From positions 62,170-126,169 of the forward strand of contig ADNK01002758.1 of assembly GCA_000320545.1 (NCBI GenBank): a stretch of DNA of 64,000 bases, written 5' to 3'. Source of the stretch: Bigelowiella natans CCMP2755. Lineage: Eukaryota; Protista; Cercozoa. The position numbers were made by a program, and so were the translations under genes. Shown here one piece after another: positions 54,606 through 64,000 of the stretch; positions within the stretch are counted from its first letter, which is position 1, and each line of letters opens with the position of its first letter. The notes beneath the pieces are model-generated. The model saw only the letters and a program-made list of their open reading frames with translations, was not told the DNA's origin and ran no database searches.

Positions 54606-54652
<47 letters not shown>

Positions 54653-55817
54653 GAGACGCAAACATAAATGTTGTACGCTCGTCCGTCATTTTTAGGAGGT
54701 ATTGAGCGATGAAAAGATCGAGAAGGTTGCCAATGAGCTGGTAGAGAAGGGAGGGCTCCCAGGAGCCTGTTGCGGCATCATCATTATGGACAAGAAATCG
54801 CTTATAACCACGATTCGACTGGGATGTGCAGGTAAGAGACAGGCAGATGCGAGGAAGAATTTCGTTGAAGAGGGCGACAAATGGCACCTAGGAAGCTGCA
54901 CTAAAGCTATCACAGCAACTATCGTTGCACGCTTCATTTCAGAGGGTGCCTACGGGTACTATATGTCCAAAAATTACTTATTCGAACGTTGTCCTTAATT
55001 CTGGGAGCGATAGATACACAAATTATGACTTTTTCATTCGACAATACAAAAGGTCTTGGGAACAAAATCAATGCTAACAAAAAGCTTGCTCTTACTTTGT
55101 TTGATGCTTTTATGATTCGCTTAGTCCCTTTCACTGTTGTCCCCACTACTTTAACCATACTTCTTACAAATTCCTATTATATTTCCTATCCTGAAACAAA
55201 TGAAGATGAGAATCATATGACCTACGACTATTTTAGATTTACATGGGAGACGACAATCAGTCAGAGCTTGGGCAAAAAATTGAAGGGGGTGCATAGGGGT
55301 TATCACAACTGCTCACTACTTAATCTTATGACGCATACTTCAGGAATCGCCGCACATCCTGGGTAGTGTTAGTATCCCTGCCATAATCCGCAAAAAATAT
55401 GTTTGCTTCAGAGTATGAATCTTTCGAAATAAATTTGTGTTTGAGTCCATGAGAGGAGTATGTGATAACAGCGCAACTTTTGAATTAAGTCGTGTGAAAG
55501 TGTTAAGTCACTTCTTCATCGAGGATGCTATTCGCTACTACTGCCGATAAATTCATGATAAATACATAAAGCTTGATTCTTCTTGTTCAGGAACCATGTA
55601 TGGACAACTGCGTGGGGAATGACGGAGCTCAATCCCATGATACAGCGACACAAGTACGCAACGGCCATACTGTCGCAGAGACCCGTCAAGGCCATCGGGC
55701 AGTACCTTTATTCCAACTCAAACTACGCGGTTCTTGGATGCATTCTTGAGGAGGTTTCAGGCCATTCATTTGAAGAACTCGTCATGAGCCTCATTGCGAA
55801 GCCTCTTGGTTCGAACC

Positions 55818-55878
<61 letters not shown>

Positions 55879-56889
55879 AGTCTAGTTAACTAGGGACATG
55901 ACAATCGCACGTTATATGTTGTATCTAGACTATTATCCTTATCCTTATTTTTCCCGCCAATAACTATGCACGACTACTGCTGTTGTTGGTTTATTTTCCC
56001 AACATCACAATCGTTCGCTATACCTACCTGTCTGACTGTGTGCTGCTTCATTATCGTGCAACATGGATGATCATCCTGTCAGGAATCAGCACCGTAGGCA
56101 TCGGACCAGCTGGGTCGAAGGAAAAGGATAAGGCAAAGGCGAAGGCCAATCCGTGGGGCCACGATGCACATCAAAACCCTCAAGATCCGCACAGAATCCA
56201 ATCAGATAACCCTGAAGCCATTGCTCCAGCAGGAAAGCTACACATGTCTATGGGAGATTGGGGAAGGTTTGTGTCTGTCCACATGCATCCAAAGCTTCTA
56301 CATCGCCTCGTATCCTATGACGGGGAAGACAACGTTTCTAGTGAAGACAAAGGCCCTTTCAACGTTCTACATCAGCCACTATCCAGTCGTCCCCAAGCGT
56401 AAGTAGATTGAGTTATTGATGTCATCATTCTCATTCGTCGAGTCATGCACGATGATTCGGTTCTAGACTATGCTGCTTACACCCACATACAGATGCAAAT
56501 AAGTTGCAATTTTGAGGTGTCTTGTTCTTCTTGTAATAAACACAACCTTGTGTTGCTGATATTTTGTTAGATATGCATGCGGGTGGCTTGTAAGCAAGTA
56601 CACGTGGGCAGGTAATGTGCCGGTACTTGAACATTCAGGAAGCAATACGATGAATTACTGCAAAGTTTTGGTTTCTCCAGAGAAAGGCTTTGCAGTCATG
56701 ATCGCATGCAACATTGGCGGGAAAACAGCGAAAGTACCTTCCCGGCGTGCACAGGAGCAATTAATCAAAATAGCACGGAACTATTTGCGTCGTACTTCTC
56801 ATTCATCTGGCCATCGTTCCTCTCACCATGACCACCACCATCATCATCACCACCACCACTATCATCACCATCCCGAGGGGACCAAGTGA
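54363..56889 (+). CDS. Serine hydrolase of the beta-lactamase / penicillin-binding-protein (class C-like) family
   Basis: WHLGSCTK (SxxK), LLNLMTHTSGI, YLYSNSNYAVLG (YxN), PAGKLHMS, LEHSGS (HxG box) spread over about six GT-AG exons. N-terminus MGNHSGK, C-terminal poly-His. Confidence 0.9.
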
Positions 56890-57039
56890 TCACTATCATT
56901 GATTTATTTGTATGCGATCTGCGGCTGCCATGCATGGGTTATATGTGCCGGAAAAAGTACGGTTACAATTGGAGAAATTGCTGGATTTTATTCTTTTGCG
57001 GTTGCTTCATAGATGTATCGAGCAAAAGTATACGATTTT

Positions 57040-57650
57040 GCAGCGCATGGATGGATGGAAAAACAAAATTCCATCTCAAGCATGCTAGCATGTCTAGATT
57101 ATATCTCTTGCTAGCTTGAACAAAAATAACTAGCAACCAGTGCTTTATTAATGTTCTCGAGTTCTGGATTTTGTAGATTAGCGCACGTGGCTGCGTGATG
57201 GTCATGCATGTCTAGATTTATATAGCTAAGCACGCCTCAAGCACCTATCAGCTATCTAAACGTGTCTAGTTGCTTTTGGCGCATCGCATCGCGGCTGCTA
57301 TCTATCTATATAGCTCTTTTACTAGTTTAGTCTAAACCACAAACTTCCATGCTGCGGTGCGTATCTCGATCAAAGTTAGAAAGGCCGCGCGCATGCTTTT
57401 CTAGATTCTTAGCCGCATGTTGCAATCAAGGGGAGAGAAAGTTACAAATACAAAGTGCTCGGAGCCGCCTTCTAGCCTGGGCTGTCAGCTAGTCGGATTT
57501 TTTACTTTTATTAAACATTGCTAGCATGCAGTTGCGCTTCCATATTCATCACAACCTCAAAAGCTTCGATACCGCTGTGAATGTTTCTTTCTTTTACTCT
57601 ATTCGAACCGAAGAGAGGGGGCAAACTAGTTACGCTAGAAGCGCCATCGT
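57040..57650. other. CTAG/CATG-rich tail-to-tail spacer 6
   Basis: gcatgctagcatgtctaga, catgcatgtctaga, actagt, tctaga, gctagcatgca. Confidence 0.8.
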
Positions 57651-57715
57651 TCTGCCATAAGAGTCACATAGTAAAAATCAAAACTAAAAACTGATAACTT
57701 TAACATTAGTGATGC

Positions 57716-58729
57716 TTAGGGGGCAACGATCTGGTGTTTATCCAATATTATCTCTTTTGAATGATGGTTTACATAATTATTACCCGTAAAGAACGAATAA
57801 CATAAGTTTGCGCCTTTGTTCGATTATACTATCACCCTTCATATTCTAAGAAGATTTATAATGTATAAGTAGTGGTATTGGTGATTCACATTGACGATAT
57901 TAATTTTGCTTGTGAGTTGGGATAGTGACGGTAAAGACGAATTCAGAAGAGCAAGCTAGAAGCATGAATACGATTGAAATCACCTTAAGCCCTAAATTTT
58001 TGATAGCTTGTGTGAGGTGCTTTTGGTTCATTTTCGCAACTCCGTCCTCACTGAGAGAAACCTGCGTCATAGTCAACGGGTGGTGTGCAATTCTAAAGTG
58101 GGTACTACTGGATGCAGATTCTCTTTGAAAAGGGCTGTTACGAATAAATTACTGTTGAAGCATAAAGTTTTCTTGCTTTTGGGTACTTCAGCGAAGTCAT
58201 TCCTAAAAGCAGCATCCGTTCAGTGCATGAATGAATCAATACTTAGCTGAACAAATAATAATATCAATGTATCAGTGACGTGATTATCCTTCTAGACATT
58301 TTCATTATCACAATTTTTATCACTGATAGCACCGATGACCTTCCTTGAACGTTCCCTTCTCGGTCTTACTCCAATTATTTTTAATATTGAAAAACCCTGA
58401 AGAAGTAGTAGTGCATCGGGGACATCATACATGATGACCAAAAGTGGAACAAATTTAGAGCAGAATGAACTGAGAGCGAGAGAAAATACATACGTCGGTA
58501 AATAATATAGCGGATAAAAAAAAGTCGGGGGAGTCCGTCTCCTTCTTTTTCCTACGCCTCCTCCCCCTCCCCCTAACCGCTATTTTTCTCTCTCCCTGCG
58601 TGTGTATGGTTTTCCTTGGAGTAATTACTATGTCCGTTTTTCTTCGCCGTTTCGATTGTCTTTGATTATCAAAGTCAAAGTCAATATATAAATAGATGCC
58701 AAACTCTCTCTTTTTCTCTATCACACTAT

Positions 58730-58782
<53 letters not shown>

Positions 58783-59697
58783 ACAGATTACGCCTATACT
58801 TCAGAAAAACATAAAAGTGATCTGATCGACAATGGGGCTAACCCACTTCTACTAGCACAAAACTGCTGTTAGACTACCTTGCGAAGCTTCTCAAAATGTG
58901 CGGCTTGCATCTGTTCTTTATTGTTCCGCTGCTCCAACGCCTGTTTACGCTTCTCCTGCTCTTCTATCGACCGGGATTGTATCACCTAATGATGATAGTA
59001 ATGGTAATCACGATAATAACGGTGAGAAAAGGGGCGGAGAAGAGTGTATGATATTATTGAATTCTACTACTACAGATTCTTCGGATGGTAGATAGCACCA
59101 TCATCGTTTTTGTGGTTTAAGTATTGGTGATCGATCATTCTCTCAAAAGAGTGACTTGACTTGACTACCCGTTCCACCATGTTGTTGAGGGTCACACTTG
59201 GAATTATGGGCAAACTCACCTAAATTGATGGCACGAGGTATAAAGAAGGATTCAGAAAAGGAACCCCCTTTCCACTTAGGGGAGGAGGAGAGGAGGGAGG
59301 AATAGAAGAGGGAGTGACGTTATAGGAGGTAACATGCACTTCAAACTCTATCGATTTGGAGCGGAAAGAAGGTCAGGTTCCCTCTACTCATTATGTTTGT
59401 TGCTTGAGGTCGAATTAGAACGTAAGACACCTTCTTCCGGCAATGAGGGCACTCATCTCTACGGTTTAAATATTCCGTTATGCAGTCTTCGCAAAATGAA
59501 TGCGAGCATGGCAGTGTGCAAGCCTTCATGAACATGCTGCAGCAAATGCTGATCAAGTAATGGAAGAAACAGTAGCAAATGGCGAGTTAGAAAAAAATGT
59601 TGCACCGTCTTTTTTCAACAATTCTTGTTCATAAAAATAGCAATATCTATGTATTACGAATACACTTAGATTATGTGTATATATGCGACCAGTTGAT

Positions 59698-59773
<76 letters not shown>

Positions 59774-61726
59774 TATATAAATATGTTATAACAATGTTGG
59801 TAAGTGAATATGGGGAAGGCAGAACCAGCATTCCAATTCCTCTTCCATGCTCTCGTCTAAGTGCTGCCTGATGGGGTATGTCGTAAATATGACGATGATA
59901 ATGAAGTATGATAGTGGTACGATAAATAATATAGTCACGACCTCATTTTTTCTAACTCTTGCTTCGCTTTTGTGCCGTCCTTTACCTGCAAAGTTCCGAT
60001 AGATTCTGGTTTAGATGAACTGCACTACAGGACGGCACATACGGAGCAAATCCATTGAACTTGTATTCAGCGCAGGCAAGAACTAAAAACATGTGTAACC
60101 TTTGAATTTAATGCCTCTATTTCTTTTTTCAGCTTCAAGGCCTCTTCCTCTCGGATCCTACTCACATGATACCGAATACAATTATGAAACACGCCTTTCA
60201 TTTCTTTGATAAGTCTTTATTTCTGATGCCTACATCTGTTTGTATTCCACTCACTATTCATCGCAGACCGTAAAATAGCGTCCTGTTGTTGACGCTCTTG
60301 CTCTCTCTTTTTGTTTAGTTCTTCGAGAGATTTCTGGAGCTTCTCCGATAGTTCCTTCTCCTTTTCCTCAGTAGCCTTGCGTTGCTTCTCTTCAACTATC
60401 CTTTTCTCTTTTGCTATTTGCTCCTCTTTAGCCTTCGCTTCTTCACGTATTCGAGTTATTTCTTCTTGTGCCTTTTGGTATCTTCTTTGTTCAGCCAACC
60501 GCTCCTGACAACGTTCGGTCTCCAGTTTCTTTAATCGCTTCTTATATTCCTTTTCATACACAAAGATGATGGTATCTTCGAGTGCTCGATAGGTTGGGTA
60601 CAGTGGATGAAATACCGTGTCCTCATGTTGGAATTTCCTTTTTAAACCAGCGATTTGCTGTTCTTTCTCCTGCAACAGGGCAAATTCTCAGACAAATACT
60701 GTAGCACTGGGGTTTATCTCCTACTTCCTGCATAAGTCCTAGCAAAACTAAAACCCCATGAAATGCCGCACCTACCATTTCTTTCTCCTTTCGTATTCTC
60801 TCGACTTCCTCCTGTACAAGCTTCTCTTTTTCAGCACGAATACGTTCAATCTCATCTTTTGAAGCCAGACTTTCAACCTACTCTCCCGATGCACGGCAGG
60901 GGTTGCAGATGAAGAAAACAAGTAAATCCTTGCTTGTCTAATCCATGCTTGTATAATGAGAAGTAACAATCCCAACCCCGACCCATTACAACTGTAGCTT
61001 TTTAACCGACCTCGTATTTATAAACGAATTCGGAGGAACTCATATTCACCCCAAAAATAATGATATCCCCGGAACTGTATTAGTGAGAAGGGGGGTTATT
61101 AAGTAAAGGAGGGAGAGAAAAGGAAATAATGAAATGTAAGAATGACAATGTAAATATATGAAGTTTCATCAAAGTACACGTACAAGACTAGCACGAGCCA
61201 ACCTCAATGTCTGCGGTTCTTGTTTCGGGATCCTTTCAGAGTTTAGATAAACCCTGTAAATTGGGTGGTTACGTGAGTCGTATATATATATAATTTTCCT
61301 GACACCTGGTAAACGTAATGGCGGTGATGACGTGGAAAACCGTGAAGAGTAACTACCCATTGGTGCTATTGTTGTCGATGATGAACCATTTTCCTTCGTC
61401 GTACTTGAAACGAGCATGGTTCCGAGAAATCATATTTTTTGTGACTCGTGAATCAAGCACGTAATCGTTTGTTCTGGGATCCCTTCCCACCTTCACAACG
61501 TCACATTTGCGTGGATCTGGACGGAAGATTAAATGAGAAATGGATAGGCTTCAAAACGGCAAGTCTAGATTAAGAAAATAGTCGATCAACGCCTCAACTT
61601 AAACCGGCCTTTCCGGCAGTATGTGTTAAACGCAGACTACTATTTGCTACTACCGAGGATCATCTGCCGTGCAATCCCCCATGAGTTCCTCGAAGTCTGC
61701 TTTAGCAGAGTTCCGATGTTGATCAT
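57716..61726 (-). CDS. RNF8/CHFR-like FHA + coiled-coil + C3HC4 RING E3 ubiquitin ligase
   Basis: FHA motifs VKVGRD...MISRNHARF...IIDNNSTNG|VYLNSERI...GDIIIFG. Coiled coil at 60217-60900. RING EEELECCICCSMFMKACTLPCSHSFCEDCITEYLNRRDECPHCRKKV. Ends approximate. Confidence 0.85.
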
Positions 61727-62137
61727 GTTATTTCAAAGGATAGAATAGAGCAGGGGTTCGATGAGGGCATCGATAGAGCCCGAGGGAGGCGCGTGCTGGG
61801 AGGTGCGATGAAGTATGTTTGGGAAGACGAAGTTCTTCCCGCGTTAAATTCCATTCCTTTTACAAAGGAAATCCTCTACTTCGGTGCGAAAACGACAACA
61901 ACAACGACAACAACAACAAAGAGTTCTGCTAAAATTAAATCGGTCCTACTACTTGCGAGGAAGGAACTAAAGGATGGGAAGCTGCCATCATTTATGACCA
62001 TTGTTCATCGGTATAATCACCTACCAAAATAATACTTAGCTGCACAACAACAACAACAACAGCAACAATAAACAATGGCAGCAACAACAATCGCAACAAC
62101 AACAATAGCAACAACAACCTTCTGCAACCAGTTCCGG

Positions 62138-63970
62138 ATGCCCCCCCCTGAAAGTCGCAGCCGCAGCCGTAGCCGTAGTCAGAGCCGTCGCCGCCGTCGC
62201 CACCGCCGCCGAAGCGATCGTGACCAACAGCGTCGCCGGTATGAAAGCGACTCGAGCAACAGTCCGAGACGGAGCAGCCAAAGGAGAAGGGGAGAGAGGA
62301 GGTAGTCTCTGTGCATTACCGACCGAATGGGAAATAATTCTCTCTTAAACAGGAAGAGAAGCCGCGAGGATCCAAGGTTCTCCTCTAGTAGAAGGAGAAG
62401 GAGAAGAAATCACGAGGCGAGACCCGCAGACAAATCCAGAAGAAATACAACATCGCGGGGAGGGTTTATTGCTTTCAGAGAGGCGGCCACTCAGGCAGAA
62501 CCAAGCGAAGATGCACAGACGCATTCTATGCAGGGAAGAACACCATCGTCCTCCTGTGAAAAGAGTAAGTTTTTGAGCGAATACGAGAAGAATGAGCTTC
62601 AGCGACGAAGCGACTTGAGGAAACGGTACATCATTACCTGACCATACCATCACGATTAGGAACATTATTGGACCTGATAACCCCCTTCCTATTCCGTCAT
62701 CCTCCTTTTCCCACTCAATCAGGATACGAGATAAATTATCCAAGAAGTCGACGACAACTTCTCCGCCGTCAACAGTGGATTCTACTTTGCAAAGAATGCT
62801 GAAAAGCTCTCATGACGAGATCAAACACGTGTGTCTCAATTCGAATGTCCCTCTCACAAAGCTCCGAGAATTATATTAACTCTGTATTGTCAATACAGGT
62901 AGCCTCAAAGGACGCTAGTTTGACAAAGGTTGTTTTTAAATCGCTGCAAGATGATGAGGAGGACATGAAGAACAGAAACTATTGCGTTTCTTTGACAGAA
63001 CTGCGCCAAAAATTTGATAGGTAAGTAAAAATTAGAAGGATTGTTTTCAATGAGATATGACAGAGGCGCGATCTTTTTGCTTAGGGATGAGAGGTACAAG
63101 TCGATGATAAAAGAAGTGGAAAGTGAAGGAATTGAATCTTTAGCGGACAAGTTCCAGCCTTCTAGTACGAAATCGCAACATCAGGTTAAGACTCTGAATT
63201 ACAGCTTTGCTGTCGAATCTTAAACTTGTGATGACCTTTAATTTCTGGTGACAATATACATCTAAGAATAAATATGCATATTTTTTACATTAGGACACTT
63301 TGGTGGATGATGCCCATTGTGATGCCATCTTTGGGAACCCATTCCTCACTGAGGAAAAACTGCGAGGAGGGACTGGAAGTGAAGATCTCACCGGTCGCCA
63401 AGGAAAGCGAACGGAGGCAAAACCAAAGCCACAGCATACTAGTGGTAAAACAGGGAAACTGCATCTTCGACAGCATGGTCGGTTTAGACGCGCGGGTCTT
63501 GGATCGATATCGGACCAACAGGTCTGAAAAAGTTTTATGGGATCGCAAGCGATCGTAATCATCGTCATGTGTGTTTCTCTCATTTCATTATTTCATTATT
63601 GTGGTATCTGGTTTTGCATGGTCAACAATGTTGTTGTATACTATAGATTTCGCGATTGCAGACTGAGGAAGAACGATGGGCAGAGGAAAGGGAGCGTAGC
63701 TGGAAGGCGTCAAAAAACAACGACGATGACTCTGACTCAGATAGCAGCTGGGGAACCAACGGCAGTTGTGATTCACAGAAATACGTAGATATTGAAAGGA
63801 GAAAGTACACACAAGATCTTCGTGCTGAACCAGCAAATAATCTTAGCAGCACCGCCTCAAAAAGCACATCAGCGGAAAATGCTAAACCAGCAAAGCTATC
63901 ATGGAAAGAACGTATTTTAGCTAAGAAAAGAAAGTCTGCATCAATGCCAACGACATCTACAAAAACGTAA
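62138..63970 (+). CDS. Arg/Ser-rich nuclear protein (possibly RSRC1/SRrp53-like)
   Basis: MPPPESRSRSRSRSQSRRRRR N-terminus. Spliced exons continue through IESLADKFQPSS, HCDAIFG and LSWKERILAKKRK to TAA 63968-63970. The family assignment is weak. Confidence 0.6.
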
Positions 63971-64000
63971 CAATAAAATCATCCCCCCCCCCCCCTCTCC

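Noticed and set aside
1-64000. tRNA, rRNA or intact transposase / reverse transcriptase genes
   Set aside because: None recognised by inspection; a covariance-model and HMM scan would be needed to exclude them.

Overview
Gene-dense eukaryotic (protist-like) nuclear DNA with many GT-AG introns, many of them filled with microsatellites. The lineage cannot be established from the sequence; a chlorarachniophyte/cercozoan-type genome is only a guess. I reconstructed 14 spliced genes by eye, so exon ends are approximate. In order: LIG3/PARP-type zinc-finger gene 5' end (-), coiled-coil protein (+), UBA-MINDY3/4 deubiquitinase (-), PIP5K (+), secreted 2xDOMON-Hog(Hint) protein (-), EF-hand membrane protein (+), DH-PH-STE20 kinase (-), C2HC zinc-finger protein (+), Lys-rich repeat protein (-), SLC18B1-like MFS transporter (+), Tim21-like protein (-), beta-lactamase-family hydrolase (+), RNF8-like FHA-RING ligase (-), RS-rich protein (+). 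The main observations are: (1) the 14 genes alternate strand without exception, as divergent pairs with mostly 0.4-0.7 kb head-to-head gaps; (2) all six tail-to-tail spacers are rich in CTAG/CATG/TGCA words, as expected after C-to-T decay, one holds a decayed gene and two share a ~100-bp repeat; (3) a Hedgehog-type self-cleaving Hog domain is fused behind two heme-type DOMON domains.
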